From positions 249,116,001 to 249,180,000 of the forward strand of contig OZ024740.1 of assembly GCA_964016885.1 (NCBI GenBank): a stretch of DNA of 64,000 nt, read 5' to 3'. A program made the position numbers and the translations under genes. A model generated the notes under the pieces. It was not told the DNA's origin and made no database searches. It saw only the letters and a list, made by a program, of their open reading frames with translations. Positions 12,150 to 24,489 of the stretch are shown here, piece after piece (positions within the stretch are counted from its first letter, which is position 1; every line of letters starts with the position of its first letter). This stretch comes from Eledone cirrhosa (lineage: Eukaryota).

Positions 12150-13940
12150 ATTCCTGTCATTAAAGCCAAGAGACTGGCATGGAAAGACTGGTACCTGGTA
12201 GCTAAAAGTGAGGCTAGACAACAGGTATACATAGCACGATAAGAACCTAAAAGTAGGAGGTTTGCTAATCTCATGCAATGTGAGGTTTAGAGGTGTGAGG
12301 TGTTCAACATTGCATGACAGTGTGTTAGTGTGAATCGAGATACTGTTGGAAAAGTGTGTTCAAAATGACGTTGGTGTAATTAACATCACTGATATTCAAA
12401 AGAAAGATGCCTGGAAATGCTACTATCAGAGCTTAATGAATGTGAAGAATGAATGAGAGGAAGGAAGACTACCCCCAACTTAACCAACAAAGTGACCAAT
12501 TATTTAAATTGACAGATATAGGGTCAAAGAATAAATCAAGGAGATGAAAAATGGTAAAGCCATGGGACCATCTGAGATAGTTGCTGGGATGCTGAAAACA
12601 TCTGGGGACATAGGAGTTAAACTAGTCACCTGCACAGTCAATCAGATAATACAGGACAGGGCCATACCCAATGACTGGTGCAGCAGTACAATCATTAATT
12701 GCTAAAAGGTAAAAGGTGATGCTGTAGAAAGGAACAACTACATGGGAATAAAACTAATGGATCAAGTTATGAAAGTGACTGAAAGAATTCTAGTTTAACT
12801 AATTGGAGAAAGAGTCAAATTAGATGAGATGCAATCCAGTTTCATACCAAGAAGGAGCACCACAAATGTCCTCTTTTTAGTGAGACAACTACAAGAGAGG
12901 GTCTTAGCTAAGAGTAAGCCTCTATATCTACCTTTTTTTTTATCTAGAGAAAAACTTTGACAGAGGAGCTGTAAGTAAAGTGTGAATAGGAAGTGAGTTT
13001 AGTGGGAAATTCTCTGATTATTTGGTCCTCGTAGCTGAATCTGTGGAAGAACTAGAGAATAAATTCTGGCTGAGAAACAGAACTTAGAATCAAAAGGCCT
13101 AAAAGTGAATTTAGCAATAACCAAAGTGTTAATAAGTAGGAAAGAAGATAGGGCACCGATTTCATAAGGGAAATTGCCTTGCTTGATATGTAGAAAAGCA
13201 GTAGGTATAAACTCTATATGGTACACAATGCAAATCTTGGGTACACAAGAGTTGTAGTTGGCTAACAAGTAGACTAATAGGAAAGGAAGACTTCATATGT
13301 CATAGATAGCGTCAATTGATCGTAAAAGTGCTTATAATAAAATAAATAATATAAACGTTTTCCAATCCCAAGAAGGATCCATAGAAGTGGTTGATAACTT
13401 CTACTACCTAGGTGATATAATTAACAGTGGAGGGGGTGCTCGGAGGGCATAGAAACTAGAATAAGGACAGGATGGAAGAAGTTTAGGGAACTTCTACCCT
13501 TGCTAACAATAAAAGGTTGGTTGCGATGCTGCATGTGAGATATGGCCAGTGAATGTAGAGGACATGCAAAGGCTTGAGAGAAAGATGGCAAGTATGTTTC
13601 GATGGATGTGCAATGTTAATGTGTGAGATGGATGAACTGAGGGAGAAACTGGGTTTAAGAGGAATCATAAGTAGTGTGCAGAAAAGGAGACTGCACTTGT
13701 ATGGGAATGTGATGTGCATGGATGCTGATTGCTAGTGAAGAAGTGTCAAGTAATCTTAGTGGAAGGAAGCTGGAGTTGAGGTAGACCAAGGAAGAACTAG
13801 ATGGAAGTGGTGAGAGCTGATCTCAGATTGCTGAAGTTCACTGAGGAGATGACAAAGGATCACGATAAGTGGAGAGATGCTGTACTGAGAAGGACCTGTC
13901 CAACCATGCAAGCATGGAACAATGAATGTGAAATGATGAT
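12150..13940 (+). mobile_element. Heavily decayed RTE-X-like LINE
   Basis: Remnants of GKAMGPSEIV, GIKLMDQVMKV, GWKKFRELLP and GRPR..W motifs; AGCATGGAAC...ATGATGAT tail. Confidence 0.75.
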
Positions 13941-15262
13941 ATATATGTATGTGTATATGTGTCAAGAATGTTCTGTTGGTAAATACCCTGAGTAGGCAGC
14001 AGGCAACAGAAATATTGGTGAACTCTGTTGCTGTGTATGGTTATTTTGACATGGCTTTCACAGTTGGATGCCCCTTCCAGTATCAACTACGTTACAGCAT
14101 GGATTAAGGTGCATTTCATTATAATTATACTACTGACACTAAAGTGGTTGTCCACAATAAAACCAGATTAGCATGACAATGCAAGAGTCACAGATATAGC
14201 ATTTGTTGGTCACTTATCAAAAGTTTTCTGAATATTCCTTCCTTTTTGGTATTGCTTTTACAGCTAGTTGCTCTTCCAAACACAAGCTACATTAGAGCTT
14301 GGACCTGGTAACTTATTGTGCCACCCATTTTTATTTGAGGCCTTCATGTCTTATGAGACCATGGGTCTCACAATAGTGAAGGCACATGACCTAGTGGTTA
14401 AGGTGTTGGCGCCAGTGATAATAAATTTTATGGGATTGATTTCGGGATAAGGTGGTGTAATGTGGGGCGAATCACTTCATTTCATGTTTCTCCAATCAAC
14501 TCAGCTGGAAATGTGTGCCAGCAGCTGGTGGTGGTTAACCTTTCAATGGACTAGTGCTTAATACTAATGAGACAGAGATAAACACTGGGTTACTGAGTCT
14601 CTAGGCTTGAGGAAGAGTTTTTAACAACTTTTTCTGAGGCCTTCAAATATCTTGTGTGACCATGGATCTGAACATGGAAAGTTACTTTTCAAGGTGCAGG
14701 CCTGAGCAGTGAAGATCAGATGTCACCTATGCATGTAAGTCTCCCCTCACCTCATGTCACTTATGTTGTCCAAGCAAAAGGCAAGTATTCATATAGTTTG
14801 ACAGTAGTGATATCACAGGCAAACTCGGAACAAAATCAAACAGGCCACTGCTGTAACATTTTTGCCAATTCTCCACCCTGCTTTGATAATTTATTTTATT
14901 GACCTTGATAGGATGAACGACAAAGTTGACTGCAACAGGATTTGAACTGAGAGTGCAAGGAACCAGAACAAATACCAAGAGGCATTTAATCTCGAAGTTC
15001 TAACAATGCAGCTAATTTACTACCATTAGAGAGGTTGTCCTCAACAAGACTTAAGAGTCCCCGTTAAACGCTGTACTTTTTAGAGTTGGATGCCTTTCTT
15101 AACACAAACCATTTTACAACATAGACTAGGGCATTTCTCATTGTGCCACTCAATACTAAGGATAGATTAAAACATCTTTTTGAAATTGTTTGTTTTCTTT
15201 TATATAGTAAATTGTCTCTCATTTTCTGTGTTTTTTTTTTTTTTTTTTTTTTTTTTTTGTAG

Positions 15263-15433
15263 GTTCCAGAAAATTGGCCTATTTCTGCAACAGTCACAGA
15301 TATAGCATTTGCTGGTCACTACATGCACGGTGGGCTGAAGGAAACCCCAGAAATGTCTGCATTGGAGAAGCAACTACCCAAGTGGGTCACTTCTGTTTCA
15401 TGGACAGCCACATATGACAGCTGGAAGTTTTGA
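15263..15433 (+). CDS. Probable terminal coding exon of an unidentified host gene (VPENWPISATVTDIAFAGHYMHGGLKETPEMSALEKQLPKWVTSVSWTATYDSWKF*)
   Basis: Long poly-T tract then TGTAG acceptor at 15258-15262; 56 open codons ending TGA TAA; no transposon motifs; AATAAA at 15554-15559 followed by a GT/T-rich tract. Phase 0 assumed; phase 2 is also open for ~50 codons. Confidence 0.6.
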   Translation, partial: VPENWPISATVTDIAFAGHYMHGGLKETPEMSALEKQLPKWVTSVSWTATYDSWKF

Positions 15434-15553
15434 TAATGTCCGGCATGTGGGACATAGTGTGAAAAGGGAAGACGGCGGGAGAGAGAGAGGAGAGCGGGTG
15501 AAAGATGAAATCCACTTTCCTGTAATCATTCCTTTTTGTTAGATATAATGTTA

Positions 15554-15559
15554 AATAAA
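15554..15559 (+). terminator. Candidate poly(A) signal for the terminal exon
   Basis: AATAAA followed by TGTGTTTTTTTT downstream element. Confidence 0.45.
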
Positions 15560-16082
15560 ACATTTTACATGTGTTTTTTTTTTGTATAAGATGTAAGAAA
15601 ATTGAAAATCCAGTTTAACAAAGAAAAGTATAAATGAAATGTCGTTTTTGAATGAAAGAAAGAAAGATTGTATGATTTTTATTTTTAATATCTACAAACA
15701 ATATATTGAACTGAAGCCTAGAGAGAGAGATATAGAGGGAGAGAGTGTATGGCACAAGAAGCTCACTTTTCATTTATGAGGTACCTTGGGGAGAGAGGGA
15801 TGTGCCTTCTACTATAGCCTTAGGTTGATCCAAACCATGTGTATAAAATTTGGATTGTTGTTGAATATCCCAAGGTCAGCTCTGATTGACCAGTTCTATG
15901 GCTCACAGATAGTCATCTAAATAACTAGGTGTGGTTCATAAATCTGATTTTTCAGTCACATTGAATCTATAGCTGAAAACCCAGTTACATGTTGCTTCTG
16001 CCTTGTTAACGATCCACTTACATCTTGTCTCTGCCTAGTCCAGGACTACACTTTACCAATAAAACTTGAACAGAGACTAGGT

Positions 16083-16375
16083 AGAAGCTCATTATACAAA
16101 CTGTGAATGTGCGTGGTTTAGTTGTTAGGGTGTTTGGCTCACAGTTATAAGATTGTAAGTTTCCCCAAAGCACATGATGTCCTTGAGCAAGACAGTTTGT
16201 TTTATATTGCTCCTGTCTATTCAACTGGTAAAAATGAGTTGTACCTGTAATTCAAAGGGTCAGTCTTGTTGCACACTACAGCATCTTAAATTTTCCTAAG
16301 AACAACGTTAAGGGTACACATGTGTGCAAAGCTCAGCCACTTGCATGTAAATTTCATGAGCATATTGCTCAAACT
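16083..16375 (+). mobile_element. tRNA-derived SINE, same family as 1480-1746
   Basis: GTGGTTTAGTTGTTAGG head, TCCTTGAGCAAGACA core, AATTCAAAGGG...TTAAGGGTACACA body. Confidence 0.7.
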
Positions 16376-17056
16376 GGAAGGCTCCTTGGAAGAAATTATG
16401 GAGATTGAACACAACAACTACTACAAAACATGGACTGTAATTCAATGGAGAGGTAAAGTTCCATTGTTCGCACAACTGGGCTATCTCATCCTGCATGTGT
16501 GTGAATTACCTTGATACAGTATTAAGTCTGTGTGCAAATAACTTGATGTCTGTTTGTTTCAAATTTCCATTTTATTTACAATATGGATGTGTAAAAGTTA
16601 AACATTTTGTTTTATTTTGGAATTAAGAAATGTATTTCCAAAACTATTACTTGGCATTAGCAGTTCACCAATCTTTCATTGTTTTAAAGCAATTGACACA
16701 ATGGTTAATAATATTGTTGTGGATTGGAAGAATTAGTAGATTTCTGGATAAAATGTGTTCTGATTCTTCACATTCTGAGGCCACCTTTACCTTTCATCCT
16801 TTTGGAGTTGATAAAATGAAGTACTAGTCAAGTACTTGGGTTGATTTAGTCAGCCTTCACCTTACCCAAATTTGCTGGCTTGTGCCTAAATTAGAAATCA
16901 ATTTTGTTGTGTAAAAACAAATGAAAAATTAGATTAGTTCCAAAGTGAACTTTCTGTAATTTCAAATTAAACATCTAACCCTTCCCCTCCATTAAGATGT
17001 CTACAAAAATAGCCAAGTTCAAATGTTACATGCTATAAAATAAGTTAATAGATATA

Positions 17057-17648
17057 CAGTAATCCTCTGTTTATCACGGAGGATATGTTCCAGAACCAAC
17101 CGCGATAAATGAAAATCTGCGATATAGAGAGACCATAAAGACAACCATTGTTTTCATAGTTTAAGTCTTAAAATACCTCTCTTACATGCTTTAAGTACAT
17201 ATAAACACATTAAAACACACTTTTGTATATAAACACCAAAAATAATCAGTAACGATTGTATAGAAACTAACACCAACCATTGTACCACTAGTTACCAACG
17301 ACGACTATTACCAGCCACATTAGCCACTTGGTAATACACTGCACATCTCCTGTCAATCTATGAAGGGTTTGTAGTTGATTAGAGAAAAACGCAATCGATA
17401 AAACAGTAATGGAAGGAAAAATAAAAACATTTTTTTATAGTTATCACATCAAAATTTATTTAATAAGTTTAAAATTTAAACACTTTCTATTCAGATGTAC
17501 GTACCGCGATAAAAAATATATATGTTCTAACGAAAAATCCACGATGTAGCGAGGATTACTGCGATAGGAAATTAGATACATTCCAAAGAAAAATCCGTGA
17601 TGTAGCGGGAGCGCGGAAAGTGAACCGTGATATAGCGGGTGATTACTG
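17057..17648. mobile_element. Tigger/pogo-like non-autonomous DNA transposon with TA TSD
   Basis: TA|CAGTAATC ... GATTACTG|TA termini; repeated CCGCGATA/CCGTGAT subterminal motifs. Confidence 0.85.
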
Positions 17649-18047
17649 TATTTCATATGTATTTAGAAATGTTTTCACATCTTTCTGCAGTATTCTTTGA
17701 AGTCTTGATAAAATATATATCACAATATATAAAGACTGATTTGGGGCTAAACACCAACAACAATAATAACAACAATGAGCATTGCTACTGTTCGTTCATG
17801 TGAATGTAAAATAGAAAAATAAAACAAGGTCTCAGTACTTTCAGGTACTTTAACTTAATCATTTTCCTCTAAGGTGCATGGTAAATTTATGAGATTTATT
17901 TTAGGAAATGCTGAGTAATATGGTAAGCATGGTTAGTCTGTTTCCCAGCAGTTTCTGTTGATAGCTATTAATGTAAAGCAGAGATTTCTAGTGTTCAAAC
18001 ATTGACAACACATTTAAAAAAATATAACTTTTTTGACACATTGATTA

Positions 18048-18108
18048 AGTTTTGTTAGTTACAAGAAATTAACAAAAGTTTTGTTAATTTCTTGTAATTA
18101 ACAAAACT
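18048..18108. repeat. Near-perfect AT-rich palindrome (30-bp arms, 1-nt spacer, 1 mismatch)
   Basis: AGTTTTGTTAGTTACAAGAAATTAACAAAA G TTTTGTTAATTTCTTGTAATTAACAAAACT. Confidence 0.9.
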
Positions 18109-18626
18109 AATAAACAATTAAATATATCACATGTCACCAGTTACGTGTCTAACTACATCTAGAGTTGTTAGATCTCAAATATACTTCACGGCTGATTGAA
18201 AACTTGATTTGACTTAATTTGGAAACACTGAGAGATTATTAGTGCCACACTAAAGTGTTGTGACATGCAGTTGGGAAAATTTTGGTGTAAAGTTATCTAG
18301 GTGGTTGTGCCTCTATACACTAATCCTACCCCATGTAACACCTAATTCTAAATGTAGTTCTCTTAATTAAAACAATTTACTGTTGATGCCTCTTATCAGC
18401 TGCTACTGCATTGATGAATTCCTGCTACACTAGTTCAAGTTGATTAGATTTTTGAGTGTATAATTCTAGTCTGATGTTTGTGGATTGGTAGACAGAGATG
18501 TACTGGCAAACTGTCCAATGTGTATCGGTAGACTGTATGTCATTGGTAGCATGTTTGATGTACATTGGCAGACTGTTTGATATGTGTTGGTAGACTGTTT
18601 GATGTACATTGGTAGACTGTTTGATA

Positions 18627-18826
18627 TACAGGGCTGAAAAGTTCTTAGGCTGATCAAGATATTCTCATGGAATGACCAAATAAGGTTTATTTTTTTAACA
18701 TAGTCCTTGGAAAAAGCAATACAGTTATTAATAAGAAGAGTTGAAATTAATACATGCAAGATTTCACAGTTCTCTCACATCACTCCTTCATAGTCAGCCT
18801 ATGAAATTTCCAGCCTACGCTCATAT
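18627..18826. mobile_element. Mariner-like MITE
   Basis: GGGCTGAAAAGTTCTTAGGCTGA ... TCAGCCTATGAAATTTCCAGCC inverted termini near TA. Confidence 0.6.
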
Positions 18827-18924
18827 ATTGGTAGACTGTTTCATACATATTGGTAGATTATTTGATATGTATTGACAGGCTGCCTAATGTGTAATGGTGG
18901 ACTGTTTGATGTGTATTGTTTGAA

Positions 18925-19172
18925 AAACGATAAATTCATTCTGAAGACCAGAAGCTGTGTTAAGTGACTGAGACTACAAGACTTATACTTGGATGGGATG
19001 CTAGTCCATTGCAAGGTTAATCCTCAAGTTGTTGTTGGCACTTGTTTTTTTCAGCTGAGTGGATTGGAGCAACAGGAAATGAAGTGTCATGCTCAAGGAC
19101 ACAACGTGCCTCCTGGCTCAGGGTTCAAATCTATGAGCTTACATTCATGAGACCAACACTCTGAAAACTAAG
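18925..19172 (-). mobile_element. tRNA-derived SINE
   Basis: TGGAGCAACAGGAAATGAAGTGTCATGCTCAAGGACACAAC is the reverse of the SINE core. Confidence 0.65.
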
Positions 19173-19538
19173 TTGCTTAATGTGTATTGGTAAAATTTAT
19201 GACATTCATTGGTAGGTTACTCAAAGTTTACTGTTCTGTGTGGTTAAGGTAAAAAGAAAAAAAAAACTTAAAAGAATTATTGGTGTCATTAACATAAAAA
19301 AATTTGTTTTTGTATAAAATCTGTTAAAAAGAATTGTTTTAATTATGTTCAATTAAATATATATATATATATAAAAAAAGATTTTATCCAATAAATTCCA
19401 ATTTTTATCTATTTTGAGTTCAGTTTTTCTTTTCAAGTGTATATATACATATGCTGCAAATTATACTGTGTGTGTGTGTGTGTTCATGTGTACATATGAA
19501 TGTATGAATGAATGTATGTGTATGTATATATATATATA

Positions 19539-20570
19539 CATCATCGTCATTGTTTAACGTCCAATCCATGCTAGTGTGGAAGATGGTATGTCCTACTTGA
19601 GGCAAGATTGGTTGGGTGACCGTGTCTCACTCCTACAGAACTTTCTGGCAGGTTTTCTATAGCTGGATGCCCTTCCTAACACCAACCACATTTACAGTGT
19701 TGACTGGGAGTCTTTTTACCGTGTCTCCTACACAACCACTTTACAGTGTGGACTGGGTGCTTTTTGTCATGCCACTACACGACCACTTTCCAGTGGACAG
19801 AAGTGGGAGGATGGAGTAGGGGTGAGGTGGGGTTTATATTGGGTTAAGAGGTGCCTACTGACTGTAAGTTTAAGTTTGTACGCAAGGGAAGGCGGGTCTT
19901 CTGTATAACTGCATAGCACCAAAGATCTCGATCCAGTGACATTGTCTTAGAGAGGTGTAAGTGAACAAGGTCAGTTTTTATCATCTCGTCAGGTTTTTCT
20001 TAGTCTACCCACTCTGTAGCTTCCATCAATTTTTTTATACAGCTATTGTCCTTCATACGCATCACATGTCCATACCAATGCAATCTCTTCTCCTGCACTC
20101 AACATTTGATACCTTTTATGCTTAATCTCTCTCCCAATTCATTTATACTTTGCCGTTTGCATACATTAGACATCCATCAAAGCATGCAAGCTTCATTTCT
20201 TTCTAATCTATGCAAGTCTTCTCCACACAACACCCAGGTCTCACTACCATGTAACATTACCATTCATATACAAGCATCATACAATTTGCCTTTCATTTTT
20301 AGAGAAAAACCCTTTGTGGCCAACAGCAGTATTAGCTCTCTGAACTTTTTTTATCCCGTTCTAACTCTGGTTACTGTACTTTCAGAACACCCTCCTCTAC
20401 TGCTTATTTTGTCACCCAGGTAACAGAAGGTGTCTACCATTTCTATAGAACTATCTGGCCATTTGAAGGAATTAGTATCCAGTGGGCACTCGCTACTTAC
20501 TGCACCTGAGCATCGGCCACATATAAAATCTACATTCTTAGATAGCTTACCTGTGATCTCACTACATTTT
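19539..20570 (-). mobile_element. RTE-X-like LINE 3' fragment
   Basis: (CAT)n tail, GGATGCCCTTCC UTR motif and coding remnant homologous to 2750-3200. Confidence 0.8.
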
Positions 20571-20597
20571 TTTAAATATATGTGAGTATATATATAT

Positions 20598-20790
20598 AGG
20601 AGGCATGTGGCTGAGTGGTTAGCGAATTGGATTTGTAATCGTGAAGTTGTGAGTTCGATTCCTGGACCAGGCGATGCGTTATGTCCTTTATTTCACATTG
20701 CTCCTTCTACCTGGAGTTGCAGCCAATAGATAGTATTATCAATTGGAAAGACCAATGGAAGCATTGTTTCCTCGGTTCGATTTGATGGAA
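20598..20790 (+). mobile_element. tRNA-derived SINE fragment
   Basis: GGCATGTGGCTGAGTGGTTAG (A-box), GAGTTCGATTCC (B-box). Confidence 0.7.
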
Positions 20791-20810
20791 GTCGATATAT
20801 ATATATATAT

Positions 20811-20995
20811 GAAATTAATATAGAAATGGCTCCTACAGGACTAGAACTGTTTCGTTTGAAAAAAATCATCAGAATGAAACAGTTCTAGTCCTGTAGCAGC
20901 CATTTCTATATTAAATTTTGTTTACTCTTTACTAATGTATTGAATACCTTGCTTACTGTGTTTACTCCTGATTGAACCTGGGACTCACTCACATA
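20811..20995. mobile_element. Penelope-like inverted pseudo-LTR remnant with hammerhead core
   Basis: ~40-bp inverted arms around 20815-20853 / 20876-20915; minus strand reads CTGATGA...CGAAAC...GTC; flanked by TA/CA microsatellites. Confidence 0.55.
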
Positions 20996-21062
20996 CACAC
21001 ATATATATGAGTTTGGTTGAAATATTAAAGTGTAAGAGCACTCAGTCCAGAGGACAAGCTAA

Positions 21063-21645
21063 ATATAATTAGTTACAACAGTGACATATACAGGTACTTA
21101 AGTTTTGTTTGGTTATACACCCAAACTCTTTCAGCCTGTTATATAAATGGCTACCTCCACAGATTATCTTGGAGTTTTTAGAAAATACTTGAGTTTTATA
21201 AGGGCAGGTAATCTCGAATTTAACTATAAATAAATAAAACCTTTAGCTATGTAAAGGGAGGTAACTATAGAAAAACTACATATGCAAAGTTAGTAATTCA
21301 AAGAAATTAAATTTTGCTTTGTATGGACAGCGATTAAAGCAGTGTTTCTCTGAAACCAGTTGTGAGAGTATATTTCACTTTTCCGAGTTACACAACCAGA
21401 AAAATTTTGTCCCATTAACCTAGGGGGTGGATTTTTCTAATATACTCCATTTAATGGAAAATGCTGTGCAATTATTTTCTACACATGGTTTGCGTGCTGA
21501 GTCGCATGTTTTTGTCAGGATGTCCTGACAAAAAACATACCACTCAGCTCGTGAACCATGTGTGGAACCTCAAAAATAACGTCACGAGTGTATAACCCAA
21601 CGAAACTTAAGTACCTGTATATGTCACTGTTGTAACTAATTATAT
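21063..21645. mobile_element. MITE with ~58-bp terminal inverted repeats (superfamily uncertain, possibly Crypton-like)
   Basis: ATATAATTAGTTACAACAGTGACATATACAGGTACTTAAGTTT ... AAACTTAAGTACCTGTATATGTCACTGTTGTAACTAATTATAT; internal palindrome at 21481-21563. Confidence 0.85.
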
Positions 21646-21699
21646 ATATACATTTGTATGCCATCTTCTTAATGGCATATATATATGTTATCAAACAAC

Positions 21700-22260
21700 A
21701 GGATGCTTTTTAACATCCAATGATTCCTTGCTGCAACAAAAACGTGTATTGCACTGATATATGATTTTCTTCATGCAGACTACTGTTTCTCAACATGTGA
21801 TGAGTTTAGGCTGACAATCAGCCTGAAAAAGACAGTGGTAATGTACTAACAGACACCCAGAAAGTCATTGTAAGTTATTGTAAGGCAAATGACTGCAATG
21901 CAAGACACACAAGTGCTTTAAAGACTGCCTGAAAGATACCCTGAAGGAAGTTAAGATCAACGCTGAAACAAGGGAAAATCTTGCAACAGACAGAACCCAG
22001 TGGCAAAATCTCATTGCTGTCAGTGTTAAGGAATTTGAAAAGAAGATGAAGTGAAACGAGCAGCTAAATGTATGGGGGATATTTGTCCACTCTCAAAATG
22101 GGGTTCAAAAGAAACCTATGAGGGAAGCAGACGTGTATGCATGTCAAAGGCTCGGCTACTAAGCCATAGCAGACGTCATACTCATGAGGACCCCATACAC
22201 CTTGATTTTGCTTGTGACATCTGTGCCAAAGTCTGTCACTTGGATAATACAGCACCACAA
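21700..22260 (+). mobile_element. Internally deleted RTE (BovB-like) fragment
   Basis: LTISLKKTVVM and KDCLKDTLK...DRTQW remnants and terminal zinc-finger remnant (FACDICAKVC). Confidence 0.55.
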
Positions 22261-22654
22261 TGCATGCCTTGCCAATCAACCTCAAGCAGGTGGGAAATTT
22301 ACTTTCACTCTGTGTGGTATGACAAGTCACTTCCTGGTTTGTTGACATTAGTGACAACAACATCAATAACACATTTTTTATTCATAAGAAGTGGCTGTAC
22401 ACAGACATGAGTTGGCTTCCACTATACACACACACATTATATATATGTTGGTTATATATTAACCCCAAAAATTTTACTATGCAAATAGTATACAGCTGGT
22501 AACGGCTACCTTCTGTGTTGAGAACACTCAAATTTTACGAATATTCATATACACACATCGCTTCAAACCTTTCTATTTAATGTTTTATATATACACACAC
22601 ATACCCTTGCAAGCAGGGAAAAGCTGACGTAAAATGATGATGATGATGATGATG

Positions 22655-24230
22655 GTGCAGCAATATTCCCGTAAATTGCTACAAGGGAAAATGAGACACT
22701 CGAGAGTGAAGTAACTATAGAGACATCAAGCTGATGGACCAGGTCATGAAAGTTGCTAAAAGGGTTATAATGCAGCTAATTAGGGGAAGAATCAAGTTAG
22801 ATGAGATGCAGTTTGGATTTATGCCAGGTAGAGGTATCACTGATGCCCTCTTTCTGGTCAGTCAATTACAGGAGAAGTATTTAGCTAAGAATAAGACATT
22901 GTATCTAGCATTTGTGGATCTAGAGAATGCCTTCGACAGAGTCCCAAGATCTATAATCTGGTGGGCACTCAGGAATCTGTGTGTAGATGAATGGCTTGTG
23001 AGGGCCATGAAGGTCATGTGTAGAGAAGCAACCAGCAGAGTAAGAGTTGGCCATCAATATAGGGATGAATTTGAAGTGCAGGTGGGATCAGTCTTCAGCC
23101 CACTCCCATTTATCATCGTCCTTCAGGCCATCATTGAGGAGTTTAAAACTGGCATCGTATGGTAGCTCCTATAGGCTGATGACCTAGTCCTCATAGCTGG
23201 ATCCGTAGGAGAATTAGAGGCAAAATTTCAAGCATTGAAGAAGAACCTAGACAAAATTTAACTAAGACAAAAGTCCTCATAAGCAGAAAAGAAGTCAGGA
23301 AGGTTATACCATAGGGGAAATGGCCTTGTTCAATATGTCAGAAAGGGGAGGGCAGAAATTCGATAAGGTGCACTCAATGTAAACTAGGGATACACAAGAG
23401 ATGTAGTGGGATTGCAGGCAGGCTAATGGAAAATATAGACTTTACATGCGGCAGATGTAATGGGGGAGTGAGCACAAAGAACACACATGAAATAGATTCC
23501 CTCAGCTGCCAGGGAGGCCCTATAGAAGTTGGTAACAGCTTTCGTTACATAAGTGATCAAATTAGCAGTGGCGGAGGATGCGCTGAAAGTGTGATAGCTT
23601 GGATAAAAACAAGCTGGAAGATCTATTACAATTGTTAACAACAAAATGATTTTCTCTCAGAGTGAAGGATGCCTGTATGTGAACTGCAATGTTACATGGC
23701 AGAAAAACATGGGCCTTGACTGCAGAAGAACTGTGGAGACTAGTAAGAAATGAGTCAAGTATGCTCTGATGGTGTACATGAGCAACATAGCATAAGCAAA
23801 CTGAGAGAAAAACTTGTCAAAAAAGGAATTGGATGTAGTGTGCAAAAAAGAAAATAGCTTTGGTATGGACATGTGATGCACATGGAAGATAACAGCTGCA
23901 TAAAAAAATGCAGAGAAATCCCAGTTACTGAGACCCATGAAAGAGGTAGACCTAGGAAGACATTGGATGAGGTTGTGAAGGCTGATCTTAAAAAAACTAA
24001 ACCTCACAACAGAAATGACTAAAGGGCGTGGGGACTGGTGCTATGTGGTGCTGAAGAAGACCTGATCTACAACATGCAATTTGGCACCCCCCTCTTTCAC
24101 CACAGCTCACTAACAGCTATCCACAACACCACTACAACCCTCACTGCGCACACCTCATACCTCCTCCCAACACATGGTCTTAGCTGATGTCCCATTTTGG
24201 AGTGGTTGGAGATGGGAAGGGCACCCAACA
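22655..24230 (+). mobile_element. RTE-X-like LINE RT fragment
   Basis: ORF 22734-23165 'QFGFMPGRGITDALF...LAFVDLENAFDRVPR'; ADDL remnant; 'WYGHV...GRPRKT'. Confidence 0.9.
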
Positions 24231-24364
24231 ATTCTTAGTTAATGTGAAATTCAGAGTTATCCCCCTTACATTTCATGACTATAATTGAAATTGATTTCAT
24301 TTTTGGAGAGAGTTCTGGTGACTTCAATTTGGATGTGCCATAATGGGAAACAATTCTGAATAAT

Positions 24365-24487
24365 TCTTTTCTTTTACTGAGGCAGTTACTAACATATCCC
24401 AGTGCCCCAATAATCACAGGCATAAATCTGAAGGTATAGTCAGGGTGGAGTATCTGCAGATTTCTCATTAGCTTTGCACGCATATAG
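24365..24487 (-). mobile_element. Short C-terminal fragment of an R4/Dong-like LINE
   Basis: 'LHPDYTFRFMPVIIGALG'; near-identical to 30847-30950. Confidence 0.7.
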
Positions 24488-24489
24488 AC

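Larger units (their letters stand above)
18477..19220. repeat. Degenerate 22-bp minisatellite (GATGTACATTGGTAGACTGTTT) interrupted by two insertions
   Basis: Units visible at 18477-18626, 18825-18922 and 19176-19220. Confidence 0.75.

Noticed and set aside
18477-19220. CRISPR-like spaced repeats (also 1850-2600 and 35858-35941)
   Set aside because: Eukaryotic context, no unique fixed-length spacers, no cas genes; these are minisatellites or UTR modules.
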